Source: Octopus vulgaris
Lineage: Eukaryota
Assembly: GCA_951406725.2 (NCBI GenBank)
Contig: OX597826.1
Span: 82,026,001 to 82,090,000, forward strand
Direction of reading: 5' to 3'
Length of the DNA stretch: 64,000 nucleotides
This document shows positions 40,180 through 53,932 of this stretch, piece by piece (the first letter of the stretch is position 1; the number at the start of each line of letters is the position of its first letter). The notes under the pieces are model-generated. The model was not told the DNA's origin. It saw nothing but the letters and a program-made list of their open reading frames with translations, and ran no database searches. Made by a program: the position numbers and the translations under genes.

Positions 40180-40252
40180 AATGACATCAAGTTACCTATA
40201 TATATATATATATACATATATATATAGGTAACTTGATGTCATTAGATATATA
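40171..40252. repeat. perfect inverted repeat around a (TA)n spacer
   Basis: ctaatgacatcaagttacc (40178-40196) pairs with ggtaacttgatgtcattag (40227-40245). Confidence 0.95.
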
Positions 40253-41254
40253 TTTGATATTCTAATGAAATTTTCAAAGACCTATGCAATTATTGTATAA
40301 CACAAGCAAAACTTCTCACACGACTGCAAACCCATATACACTTGCACGCTCGCACGCACTCATGCGCGCGCGTTCATATATGTGTGCTTGCGTGCTGTTG
40401 TAGTCGCATAAGTATAGAATCATTAATATACATATTCGTCTCCCTCACTCCCTCGCACAAAAACACATAGAAACATATATGCAAACACACACACCTAGAC
40501 AGATACATGCGTGCACAAACACACACACACAGACTCACGATGCGCGCGCACGCACACATATTTTAAAATAAAATTCAGATAAAAGCTTTGTAGAATGCTA
40601 TGCAAAGCACGTCCACAGTTATTGGCAACCTGATGCTACCAGATAATAGAAATACTCCTGCTACTAAATAGCCATCAGGATTTTTATAGAATCCGTAGAA
40701 TTTATGTAAATAGACAAGTAACAGAAAATGGTATGAACGGCATTCTTTACCTAAAATTCGAACAATTGTTTCGACATATCTTTACGTTTTAATGATCAGA
40801 TTAGAAGAATTAAGAAAAGAAAGATAGTTTAGATCCTTTAAAGAGACACGGAAATATTTAGAAACCGCAATGGCCAACCATCACCACTTTATCACTTTAT
40901 TATCTCTAAACGCTCAATATCATTCTTCCTTTTATTATTCGGTGCAGTAGAAATGGTGAGGTGATATGTTTAAGGGAGAGATATAAATGAAAAGGGCGAT
41001 GAATATACACCGTGAGGTACTGAGGTACGGAGAGAGAAAATTAGTTCCTGATCCAAACGGTGACGGGAGTCCGAGTCGCCTCTGTGCAAGGCCGAGCCGA
41101 ACACAGACAGAGTTGGAAGAGAATAACCAGTCGAGTGGAAATAGCGTAAAGTCGGGTTGTTGTTACTGAGTCATACACACACACAAACACACACATATAT
41201 ATACATACACACACATACATACATACATACGTACATATATATATATACATATAC

Positions 41255-41330
<76 letters not shown>

Positions 41331-41376
41331 GCACATATACACACACTTTATGTATGTTTGTGTGTATGTATTTATG

Positions 41377-41444
<68 letters not shown>

Positions 41445-41926
41445 GAGAGAGAAGGAAAAAGGTGGGAGAGAGATTGTGTGGCTGGGTTAATGTAGACATG
41501 AATCTCTGTATGAAGGGGGAGATTAAAGATAATAAAAGAATTATGCACAAACGAATACAATGGAAATGAAATATTGATAAACACACAAATACGAAGTGTA
41601 GTGATGAACAAACAACTTGTTACGCTAGCAAATGCAGTGAACAATATGTGTGTGTGTGTGGGGGGGAAGACAAAATTAAAAAGTACAAAACGATAATGAA
41701 AGTGTCTTTGTTTCGATTAGTCAACCCACAAGTTTGAAAATATTAACATCAATAAAATCTACAAATCATGAATACTGTCTGTACGAAACAACCTGAAACA
41801 AAAGAAGACTAAACAAAAAAAAACACTGAGAAATATTCAACAAAGAAACAAAATGGCGACTTGTAAGAACAAGAAAACATTTATTATAAGAACAGTGATG
41901 GCAAAAACAACAAAAGCAACAACAAC

Positions 41927-41973
<47 letters not shown>

Positions 41974-42599
41974 TAATAATAATAATAATAATAATCATAG
42001 AAAGACTTCAGTATACAAAATGTCATCATCCTCATCATCATCAACAGCAGCAGCAGCAGCTGCTACAAATTCACTATCATCACCAGCAACATCAACAAAT
42101 CTCTCATCAGATCATCATCATCATGAGCATTATCAACATCATAATGAACAACAGCAAGTCTACCAGCGTCACTATGAAATTAGTTCCATACAGATCAATA
42201 GATGGATGGTTGAACGTCTATCGTTAAATTGTCAATCGTGGAACACTTCTGTACAAGGTAGTAGAGTCTTGAAACATTAAAGTTTCTTATCGAAAAATTC
42301 GCGAGTTTCTTTGTCGAAATTTTTGCTAAGGTCTCCAACAACATAACAGACGAAGCTATCCCAATCAATCCTTAACAAAGGTCTCTTAATAAGTCACAAA
42401 CTAAATAATGTCCCAGGGTGAGCTCAGCATGGATGGAAAACATACATTTAGCAAAAAGAACGAAGCTCGTTGGACCTCAATTTTCAATATGAATACGGGC
42501 CGTGAAAGCGTTGTCATCGATCTTTTGCGAACTCTGTCATATCAACTGGCCTTAGTTTAGGATTCATTAGGATAAATTCGTTAATTATTTCATAGAAGA

Positions 42600-43215
42600 C
42601 AGCAAGCTTTTCAATTAAAAAACTTGCGACTTTTCCGATTGGAAACGAAATTCTCCAACTGATCCGTTGACTATGGTCTGCCATTGTATCGTGAACTAAA
42701 TACTTGTATCAAACATTGTTTAAAGAAACGTTATTAATGTTGGCCATTGAATTAGGGACTACATCTAGCAAATAATCGACTGTGCTATTTCATTGAATCA
42801 CTCCTTGTATTCAAACCTGATGTAAGATGTCCTATTTGGATATTTACTAAAATCAAGGGATGTCTCATGGACTGGGGTCGCCTATTCAAACATGAAGTAA
42901 TATGTTCTGCTACTGAATCAGGGAATAATGTCTTCTATTATAACATGGACAAATGTGCTATTAAACATGCACTAGGGTCTCCAATTAAATTGAGGAATAT
43001 GCTCCTCCATAGAACCATGCCCTAAGCGCTCGTACGATAATTTGAACCATGATGCACCGCTGATTCATGTACCAAAGTCTTCCCTTGAAGCATTGACTGA
43101 TTGCTTCTATTGAATCATGGTTGGAAGTTTCCATTTCAATCACAGAGATATTGATTCATTTTGACTCAACGCACAGCTAGATTTCCTAGTCTTAACTATA
43201 ATTAACATCAATGCT
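42600..43215 (+). mobile_element. highly decayed Penelope-like reverse transcriptase relic
   Basis: Ordered motifs PDVR..IFTKI (compare FDVxSLFTNI), NNVFYYNMDKCAIKHALGSPI (compare NxFxFNxxxYxQxxGxAMGSP), ID/DCF (frameshifted YIDD) and QLDFLVLTI (compare LPFLDLxI). Confidence 0.5.
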
Positions 43216-43239
43216 TTATTGTTCCTTAATTGAATTTCT

Positions 43240-43460
43240 AGGGAGCCTCTCAGCGGTGGCTTAATTATTAATCAATCGAGCTCAAATGCCGTCCCATTAT
43301 TTGAAAGAAAAAATAATAAATAAACAACAACAAAACGGAAAGACAGTTTGGATAATATAATTCTGGACGTAGAGTCTGAAGAGAAAAAAGAATTTGGTCA
43401 TGGCTGGATGACTTTGATCATAAGTCTGTAGAATCAGAGCTAACCCGCGTCTAAACAATC
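43240..43460 (+). mobile_element. old unclassified dispersed repeat, best-preserved 3' part
   Basis: ttggataat...aaaaagaatttggtcatggctggatgactttgatcataagtctg..gaatcagagctaacc..ctaaacaa. Related segments occur at 21890-21955, 29310-29450 and, inverted, near 32870-33005 and 50050-50240. Confidence 0.55.
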
Positions 43461-43569
43461 GCTAAAAGAGCAATCAAAGCCAATGTACACACGCGCACAC
43501 GCAGATAAAAATAGATACATAGAGAAAGGGAGAGCGACACACAGACGGATACATACACAGATAAAAAGG

Positions 43570-43617
<48 letters not shown>

Positions 43618-45149
43618 AAGAGAGAGAGAAAGAGGGAGAGAGAGACAGACAGAGAGATACATATACACATGTGCTCAAACAGACGAACACACACACACAC
43701 ACACAAATAATAAAATATATACAGGTAACAATACTGAATATCTGAATTTGAAGTAATTGTTCTGTGAAGCCGAACAGGAGAATTACACAGTTCTGTATTC
43801 CACTCAGTATTTTATACATCAAAATGACCGACCAGCCTTTATAGAATGACAACACCTGGCAAAATTCAAGAGATTCCAGCAACAACGTGGCATAAAAGAT
43901 AAATGAGAGGCTTTATTATTTTTATGGCATTTCTTGAAAGGAATTTATAAGAAAGAAATGAGAAAGTTCTTGCCTTTTATCGTATAAAAGAATAAAGTTT
44001 TCCACAAACCACGAAAATCTCGAGAGTACAGGGTATTTTAAAAAAAGAATCTATCGCTTGTACTCTAAGTCTCTACCGCTTGCTTCGTTTCTCATTTTTT
44101 TTCTCCTTCCTTTGAGCTGGAAAGATGAAGATATCAACATAACATGCATATGGTTGTATGTATGTATGTGGGTGTGAGTGTGTGTGTGTGTATGCACTTT
44201 TATTTTTCTGTATGTAAGCATATAGATATGTAAATAAACAGATCAATATACAGACGGATAGGTACATAGGTTACAAGAACAGACACATATGGAGACACGG
44301 ATCCACACATATAAAGATGCACATCCATCCATACATACAAACATGGTACATAGTTACATAACACACACACACAGATATGCACACACAAGGAGACAGAGGT
44401 GCATACATATACAAACACACACTCACACACACACATAGAAAATGCACAAACACGGACAGGCAAGCACATAAATATCCAGGATATGTACATACATATGCAC
44501 ACACATACATACATATATACATACATACACATGCAAACACACACATACACACACACATACATACGTACATGTATAGGCATACACACACACACACTGACCC
44601 ACACACATGCGCACAAACAAACAAAAGGGAACGCAGTGTAAATAACGGACAGAGTCAAGACTATTGAAAAGGTTGCAAGATGCAACGGAAATTTTAGAAA
44701 ATAAGAAATAAGTGCAAACTTTACTGGTGAGTGTGTTATATTATAAGGCACAAAAAGAAAATGACTCTCCCCAGACACAATAGAATGTTCCAGGGACATT
44801 TCATTTCAAAACATTACATATACATGATTACATGCAATAAATTACACAGGTCCTGAATAAACTTACCCGTGTCTGAAAAGCACGGTGTGGCACTTACGAA
44901 ACCCTGTTATTGTCCATAATATGACTCAATCACTTTTACATCTGGTGGAGACTATTAAATGTTCACGTCTTGTCACAGCCGATCTCAGACACAAACAAAG
45001 ACAGACAGAAAGAGAGGAAGCAAAGTGTCCAGTGTTGGACGATGACTGTAGTGAGACTGAAACGCGGCATTGACGGTGGTTTGATGCGAACTAGTAAGGA
45101 GAACTAGAGCAAATGATGCAGAATAATTATATATATATATATGTATATA

Positions 45150-45529
45150 GGTGCAGATGTGGATGTGTGGTAAGTAGCTTGCTTACCAACCACACGGTTC
45201 CGGATTCAGTTCCACTGCGTGGCACCTTGGGCAAGTGTCTTCCAGTATAGCCTTGGGCCGACCAAAGCCTTGTGAGTGGATTTGGTAGACGGAAACTGTA
45301 AGTAGCCCATCGTATATATGTATGTATATGCTTGTGTGTGTGTGTGTGTGTGTGTTAGTCCCCCCAACATCGCATGACAACCGATTATGGTGTGTTTACG
45401 TCCCCGTAACTTAGCGGTTCGGCAAAAGAAACCGATTGAATAAGTCCTGGGGTCAATTTGTTCGACTAAAGGCGGTGCTCCAACATGGCCGCAGTCAAAT
45501 GACTGAAACAAGTAAAAGAATAAAAGAAT
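45150..45529 (+). mobile_element. SINE family A (tRNA head plus CORE-like ggcaccttgggcaagtg), full length
   Basis: Head ggtgcagatgtggatgtgtggtaagtagc, CORE-like segment, internal (TG)n, and an end gactgaaacaagtaaaagaata. It sits in (TA)n. Confidence 0.92.
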
Positions 45530-45576
45530 ATATATATATGAACATATATATGCATATATGTATGTACATACACATA

Positions 45577-45623
<47 letters not shown>

Positions 45624-45815
45624 TCTTTCACCTGTTTCAGTCATTTGACTGCAGCCATGCTGGAGCACCGTCTTTAGTCGGGCAAATTGACCTCAAGACT
45701 TATTCTTTGGAAGTCTAGTACTTATTGTATCGCTTTCGTATGCCGAAGCGCTAAGTAACGGGGAAGTAAACACACCAGCATCGGTTGTCAAGCGACGTTG
45801 AGGGGGACAAACACA

Positions 45816-45883
<68 letters not shown>

Positions 45884-46054
45884 AATATTTACGACTGGTT
45901 TCTTTCAGTTTCCGTCTACCAAATCCACTCACGAGGCTTTGGTCGTCCCGAGGCTATACTGGAAGACACTTGCCCAAGGTGCTACGCAGTGGGACTGAAC
46001 CCGGAACCCTGTGGTTCGTAAGCAAGCTACTTACCACACAGCCACTCCTACGCC
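45624..46054 (-). mobile_element. SINE family A, full length, tail-to-tail with the previous copy
   Basis: Reverse complement of 45150-45529 along its whole length. Confidence 0.92.
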
Positions 46055-46078
46055 TTGTTTAAGTGCGCTTATATACTT

Positions 46079-46123
<45 letters not shown>

Positions 46124-46389
46124 CGTATGTTATGTATATGTCATGATATGTTAGCACATAAACTTGTGCATGATTATATATACTCGTATGTTTGTGTATG
46201 TATATCTTGATATGTAATGTGGGACATAGAAAGATCAAAAGACGAAAAATGGTCAGAAGTCTGAAGATGTGGCGGGAAACACATCCACTCTCTCCCACTC
46301 ACTGAGCTAGGTGCTCGTATACAGTTTGTCTGTATGCGGTTCTAAGTCTATGATATCTATATCTATACGTATGTATGTATGTATGTATG

Positions 46390-46421
<32 letters not shown>

Positions 46422-46680
46422 GAGAGAGAGCTAGAGCTAGAGTGTTCAAGTCTGATAAAGAAACAAACAGACTGAAGCAAATATAAAAGAAAAAAAGAAA
46501 ACGGTGCCGAGGCCGAAAATCAAGAAATAAAAAAAAACGAAGAAGAAATAATTGAAAGAATTCTGGACAATGGAGTAGAAATATCGACGAGATTTTAGTT
46601 GATGATGTAAATATTCCTGTTGCAAAGAATTGATGTTTCAGATAAAAATAAGTATCAGCGCAAACACCACCACCACCACC

Positions 46681-46711
<31 letters not shown>

Positions 46712-47287
46712 CCATGTATTAACTTTGCTATTAAGAGCAACAACAATAACAAACATTGAATAATCGATATATATTGTAAATATCAACGACAACTTTAATG
46801 AGTTCTTTCAGACCTTCAGTTATTCAGCTTTGAAAGGAATTTGTGTTTTTAAGGTAAGTTAATATAAGAAAAAAATATTTATAATATAAAAAAAAGAAAA
46901 TACAATAATGTTGATGATGATGATGATGAAAAAATAATGATAATAATAGCAATAATAATAATAATGATAATACTACTACTACTACTACTACTACTAATAA
47001 TAATAATAATAATGATGATCATGATGATGACGACGTCCATTGTGTAAACATACAAAATTTCACACTTTTTTTTTTTTTTGTGTGTGTGTGTGTGTGTGAA
47101 GATGGTCAGCAATAGATCTGAAAGAAAATGGTAGATATTCTGAAAAGAGACAGTATTATAAGCCTCTCAATAGCATTTCTTCTTTCTACGGCTCTTTACA
47201 ATTCCAACTAAGTGGCACAAGATAAAATAAAAACAATAAATGTTTTAAAACGTAAAAATAAGACGAGAAATCAACAGTAAACTACAA

Positions 47288-47288
<1 letters not shown>

Positions 47289-47378
<90 letters not shown>
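47289..47378. repeat. (GAT)n microsatellite
   Basis: Direct reading. Confidence 0.95.
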
Positions 47379-47380
<2 letters not shown>

Positions 47381-47476
47381 AATAATAGCATAACAATAAA
47401 AAGTTGGAATATAAAAACTAATAACTCAAACTAAAATCTAAGAAAGATGCTGACAACCTCTGAAATAAGGTGTATT

Positions 47477-47553
<77 letters not shown>

Positions 47554-47794
47554 GTGGTGGAGATAAATGATATTTGACTCGTTGTTTGATGTCTTCGACA
47601 ATGCTTTTTTTTTCTGTGCCTTCATCTTGTTCGTTGTAGATTTGCGCTTTGTTTTTGCGGTCCAAATAAAAAGAGAGAGTCTTCTCATACTTCCTGGGAT
47701 TTTTCAGGCGATTCTTGGTGTAATATATCCAACAACAGAAATCACAACACACACACACACACACACACACACACATTGCGTCTCGTTATTTCGT

Positions 47795-47995
47795 TGTTTG
47801 AACCCCACCACAACTTGAAAGCAGGTGTTTGTTTACGTCCCCGTAACTTATCGGTTCGGCTCAACAGATCGATAGAACACGTATTAGGCTTTACATAAAT
47901 ATAAATGCTGGAGTCGATCGTTCGACTAAGCCCTTTCAGCAGGTCTCCAGCATGGCCGCAGTCCAATGACTGAAAGAAGTGCAAGATATAAGACA
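47795..47995 (+). mobile_element. SINE family A, 3' half
   Basis: gtttacgtccccgtaacttatcggttcggc...tccagcatggccgcagtccaatgactgaaa. Confidence 0.82.
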
Positions 47996-48085
47996 GAAAA
48001 AATCGTGTGAGTGTGTATGTGTGTGTGTGTGCGCGCGTGTGTGTGTGTGCGTGAGTGTGTGTGTGCGTGTGCGAGAAAGAGGGAG

Positions 48086-48149
<64 letters not shown>

Positions 48150-49296
48150 CATGTGTGTTCGTTCGCGCGCGTTTATACGAGAGTAAATTTGTAAAATCTA
48201 CAAATGCGAAAAGTAAAATGGAGCAATATTTTCTACTTCAGAAGTCTGTTGCCAAAAACAGACTTTTCTGATATTTTAGGGTGTTTTGGCGCTCATGTTT
48301 ATTTTAAAATTTCATAGCTTCATAGAATGCTAGCAAGTACGATTCTACAATAGCGATTGTACAACCAGAAATAATAGCCAAATCCTTTTCGAATTATAAC
48401 TTTGCTTATTAGGATGTGTGGAGTACATTGTTATATATAGAGGGGAAGAAATAGCCAAATCGTTGTTAGTTATTTCTTTCTCTCCCACCTATCCATAATG
48501 CTTCCCCCCTTTCTCTCTCTCTCTTCCGACCCTCTCGGTACAGCTATGCCTTTCATATATTGCGGGACAGAATGAGGTTCGCAGAGCAAAAAGAGAGAAA
48601 CGTCACTTGGTCTTGTTAATTTTATGTTTTGCGCCGGAAGAGAGGGGAATCGAAACCAGACTGCAACTCACTTCATTGATGTCGCTAATATTTTTGTGAA
48701 TATTTCTCATACAATTCCTTTCTTGTTCACCAAATCCTTTAGAGATATGGAATCTGCTAAGATCAGCTTCTGCATCTACTCACGTGACTTACCAATACTT
48801 TTTGGACAAGAATAAGAAAAAGAAAGCTCGAAATCGAAGTCATTTGAATTCAGTGAAGAACACTCGTTGCTAAGGAAACAAAACAACATATACCAGTAAT
48901 ATAATGAGTTGTATTCAGTTCATAAACTGTTTTCTTATCTTAGCAAACACAAGTGAAATATTTTCAGTATACGAAAAATGACTAGACTAGTTTAAAACCA
49001 AATTCGCCCACCACCTCCCAGATGAACGCCGTTCCTTCAACATATCTATCCAACTAGTGAAAATTCCGAAAGTATTGATTCGCCAGTTACCCGGAATCCA
49101 ACATTACCAATTGAATTAGTGCCAACACCAATTGTTTGGACATCTTTATGTAAAGTTGTAAATACATGTTAATGCGGTGAAGCTGAAATGCAAGACATCT
49201 GCTGGCTCGAGATCGCCATGCAGGCTTATCATTTCCTCCATCTTCATACCTGTTACTCTCTTTCTATTTTCTCCTGTCTATCTATATATCTGTCTG

Positions 49297-49380
<84 letters not shown>

Positions 49381-49677
49381 CCTATCTACCTGTCTGTCTG
49401 TCTGTCTGTCTGTCTGTCCAAATGTCCTCCTCTTTCGCTGTCCAACATGTACCATGTTTTTATCTATCATGTCTTCATGATACTCACGCATAATGTACAG
49501 GTGGGTGCCTCAAATTTTCTTCGCAGCCATGGGAATCCCGGTTCGATTCTGACTGCCTCTCTACCTGCATCCATCTATCCATCCATCTATTTATATATAA
49601 ATACATAAATATATGGGGGTAGTTGAATGAGTCAGTATTTGTGTGTGTGTGTGTATGTGTGTATGTGTGTAGAATTT

Positions 49678-49711
<34 letters not shown>

Positions 49712-50544
49712 GAGTGGGAGGGGGGATCGTTTATGTAAAACAGCCGTCGAGTTGTTTCTATAGAAAACAGTGAATGGAGGTCACTGAAAAATATGTGACA
49801 GAAATAATTGTTGCGATCGATATGATGGACAAAAAATCGTTGAAGGTGATGACCTGGCATGGCTGCGGTTCAATGACAACAAATAGTTAAAATATTAAAA
49901 AAAAAACAATTCTTAACCATTTCCTCCATTAGCACCAGTCCTCGGTAGAATCGATAACATACATCGCCTGGAACTTATTCAGCAACTCAATATGAAAGAA
50001 TCGTTTGCATTAGCTTAATAATTGCAGACGAGTTTAGCTGAAAATAACCATTAGTCGAGGTTATTTATTAGATAAACCTATGAGCGAAAGCATTTTCCTT
50101 GTGACCATTCGGTCATTTTCCCTCGGTGCACATACAGTGCACAAATGTATAATGCCTTTTCTTTCTAAGACATTAGCGTATGATTTGAGATATATTTAGC
50201 TGCTATTTCTAATGGTTTGGCGACAACATAGAGGTTCTCCAGTTCTCTTGAATAATCATTAATAGAAACCACTTGCTTGGTCGTGTTGCCCACGGACTTA
50301 TAAGAAAGGTAAAAAACAAAGATAAAATGTGTATGTTGCTCAGGAACAGACGCAGTGGATTAGTGGAATCGCTCGGGCGTCTGTTAAAATTCCTTTCGAC
50401 ATTTGTTCCGTCTCTTTACATTCTAAGTTCATACCCTTCCAGGAAAGATGAAGAGAAAATTTGACAAAGTCGGGTTTTAAATGCAGAATGTCACAGCAAA
50501 AACCACAGCAAAAAAAGCACGTTTTAAAATTACTTTTATAATTA

Positions 50545-50708
50545 TGTTATCACGCTGGACAAAATACTTAGCGTTCAAATTCAGAGTTCAAATTCTGCCA
50601 AGGATGACTTTATCTTTTATTCTTTTGGGGTCGATAGTTGAATATTGGGGGGTCAGCATAATCGACTTATCCCTTTCCCTAACTTGCTCGCTTTATGTCA
50701 AAATTTGA
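50545..50708 (+). mobile_element. SINE family B, strongly diverged
   Basis: tcacgctggacaaaatacttagcg...gagttcaaattctgccaagg...ggggtcgata. Confidence 0.6.
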
Positions 50709-50711
50709 AAT

Positions 50712-51050
50712 CATCATCATCATCATCATCATTATTATTATTATTGCCTTTGCGCAGCTTCTAACGCTGGAAATGTACTATGGTGTCAGCTGTTCACTAC
50801 CAGTGTACTAAGGCAACACCCCTTATTTTTCGAGCACCTTCTGGAGTATTCGAGCGGTTCCAAGCAGTGCTGTTTTCTGCAAATGATACACGCTTATTGC
50901 AGTCCCTATTTGCTCCATGTACTTCTCAAGATTTTTACTCAGTTACCAGGGCTCCGACAATTATTGGTACTACTACCACCTTTTTCATTGACCATAACTG
51001 CTTAACCTCCCATGTTAACCTGTCATATCTATCGACTTTTCTTTCTTATT
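50712..51050 (-). mobile_element. R4/Dong-like LINE 3' end with an (AAT)n/(GAT)n tail
   Basis: The minus strand reads VVVPIIVGAL..SKNLEKYMEQI...LQKTALLGTARILQKVLEK*, followed by a short 3' UTR and a trinucleotide tail at 50712-50745. Confidence 0.85.
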
Positions 51051-53629
51051 GTATAACTTGTCAGAATGATAAAATTCCAAGTCAGCATCGGCTGATTTTG
51101 AACTCAAAACGACAGCAGAACGTTTAGTTCAATGCTTTATCAATTCTACTTGCTATCATCATCATCAGGTGGTAGCTACAACGGTAATAATACTGACCTT
51201 ATGTTATTAATAATTGTCCAACGTGTGTTTTCTCGGTTTGAAGAGCGTAGTGTGAGAATTTGAGCAAAAGAATTACTGTCTGTAGAATTTTGGTTGATCT
51301 ACGCTGATTAGAATTGAAATTTAAAAGACTGGAAAACAATGGAAGTAGAAACTGTCGGCATTCAAGAATGGTGAACCCTATCGACGGTTTTGACCCGACT
51401 CAAAACACCAACAGATTGCCTTCGTTGAACAGAAGCAAAGTAAAATGGTCCGTGACCAAAAGTTGAAGGCGAAACGAAATTAGAATCTTAATCAATAACA
51501 CATTTATTTTTCTGTTTTTAGTAAAATAATAAAAGAAGAAAAATCGAAATATCTTAAGCAAGGCGGAAAGATTTGTAAGTTTTGTTGTAAAGCGTCGTTG
51601 AACAAAAAGAAAGCCCTCGCCAAAATATGAGTTTGTTGTCTTTTTTCTTTCTTTCTCTATTTTGTTTTGTTTGTTTTTCCAATTCCCATTGAAAGTAATT
51701 TCCATTTCCTAATGGCCGCTTATAATCTTGCAAAAGAGATAATGATGGCGACCAAATTTGCCAGTTGATACGATCCTATAAAGTAGCTATTTCTTTAGAT
51801 AAGTATTTTTGCTGTTTCTACAGATACCTATTTCGAAAGTGTCGGTCTTATTGAGTTTAGAAGGATTTTGCATCGAGATTCACCGTTACCTGTAACAATC
51901 TCCTCGAACCGCACAAAGAGGCAACGTTATTACTAGACCGGCCCGAAATAAAAACAATAACTTCTCGAGTCACACAGTCTGTTATAGGAAAACGAAGGGA
52001 ATATTAGATAGGACGGTCCTAAAAGCGCGGCAGAAAATACGGAATAGTTGCGTCGACAATACTGTTGTTGGATGGTTTGCTCATCCAGGACTTTTTTCAG
52101 TAGGTTCACAGTGAGATTTGAACTTATAACAGCAAACAAATAAAAAACAATCGTTAATGATATATAAATAATTCCTCTCTGCTTTCACTGCAATAAATTG
52201 GACTTCTTCATCCACGTATATGGTATAGCTTGGTAGAACAGTGAAAACCAATGTTTTAAAGTCAAAGATCACATGCGTTCAATATGCCATGTATGAGGGG
52301 AAGATTTCAATTGGATTTCTTACCATTCTAAAACCAGTGCAATAGAACGAAGGCTGCAGATACTGAATGGTCCAGAAGAATTGGATTGTATGTTCGTTTA
52401 ATATATCAAATTGAGAAGCTACTAGAACGGTTTCGATAAGAAATTTGGATTATTTAACTATTTTGGTTTTGACTCGTTAAGAATTGGAATAAAGATAACA
52501 ACATATTTTATATTCATGGAAATATTTTTCCGTTTGAATAAATTCCAAAATATATAACAAGAAAACTACGTGATTACGTGCAAAGTAAAAACGAAGAAAA
52601 AAAGTATTGAAAATAGCATTTATGGAAAAATTTGAAATTTAAATGTAAAAGTTAATGAAAATGAATCAAGACGTTCTAAATGATGTTATAGGAGAAATTT
52701 TAGTGAATTTTATTCTGAAGTTAAACAGTTTAGAGTGCTTAAGAATATTGAAGCAAAAATATAGATAATTGATTTAATAGCAAGATTATTAAATCTGAAG
52801 ATAGACATCAGTTAAAAGTACTCGAGGTTTTTAAAGTTAAAAATGTTGGCAAGATAAAACTACAAAAAGAAACTAACAGGTCTGATTGTAACTAATTCAA
52901 GTAAACAAATAAGCAAAAACGTCTTAAATTAACATATTTAAAATATTGAATAACAAATAAATCTTCGACCTCCAGGTAATTCATTCGAAGAGGAAAATTG
53001 AATTTAGAAAAGACACTAATAAGCACAAAAATAAAGCCTTGTTCTTTAACAATAAGTGGAAGATTGAGAATTCGGATTTGTAGATTTGTATCTACAGGAA
53101 AACTAGCAGGTGAAAATAAACGTTTCTTTTTTCCTTTTCTAATATAATATATAATGTATACTATAGCAGTTTAATATAATATAATATAAAATGATATAAT
53201 ATAATATAATATATGAAATATGTATAACATATAGACGTGCATAAATATGTGTGAATACAAACACATACACACATATATAAACAGATAGATATTAATAAGC
53301 ATAGATTTTTGTCTATACAAATGCATTTGTATATTAAGATAACACCGTTAGAAGGAAAGGTTAGGAAAAGTAAAAGAGAAAGATGAAAACTCTTAAAACA
53401 AGATGAAAGACAATAAAATGCAGCAGAGTACAAAGAGAAGTAGGTTTCTACGCATTTGTTTGTATGTAAGTACAAATATGAGTGGCAAGCGGGTTGATTG
53501 TTGCGCACAACTTGCCATCTGGATTTACACATTTTCATTATTTTAAATAACTTATTGTTCTACGCACTTCTGGCAATTCCTGTTTCATATCTATAATATA
53601 ATTTGGCGTTCCTCGGTTCAGTAGGGGAA

Positions 53630-53690
<61 letters not shown>

Positions 53691-53744
53691 ACATACTCAT
53701 ACACACAAACATACACATACATGTACATACATATATAGAGTATA

Positions 53745-53892
53745 AGAAGCAGAAAATGTTGACAAACAACAAATGTAGGCTTTGCAAGACCAGGACAGAA
53801 GACATCGACCACATGATTGCCAACTGCGAGAGAATATCTTCGAGATAGATTCCCATGAGGGATGATGCAATGGCCAGAGCAGTCTGGAACAT
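53745..53892 (+). mobile_element. REL-type LINE CCHC zinc-knuckle fragment
   Basis: NNKCRLCKTRTEDIDHMIANCERISSR*IPMRDDAMARAVWN (compare CRLC..ExIxHIISxC...Y..RHDxVA). It is isolated between (CA)n and (TG)n. Confidence 0.75.
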
Positions 53893-53894
53893 AG

Positions 53895-53932
<38 letters not shown>

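Noticed and set aside
40987-41169. GC-richer 60-aa ORF as an exon
   Set aside because: No recognisable domain, and the splice signals are weak.
44861-45030. Minus-strand exon with a pyrimidine tract and a GG/GTAAGT donor at 44867
   Set aside because: All three frames contain stops from the obvious acceptor. It could only be a non-coding exon, which cannot be supported from sequence alone.
48960-49170. Minus-strand DRYVEGTAFIW as a Penelope RT YVDD motif
   Set aside because: The catalytic residues are not retained and flanking motifs are unconvincing.
51200-53100. Microsatellite-free, strand-biased stretch that may be decayed coding or TE sequence
   Set aside because: No motif could be assigned with confidence.
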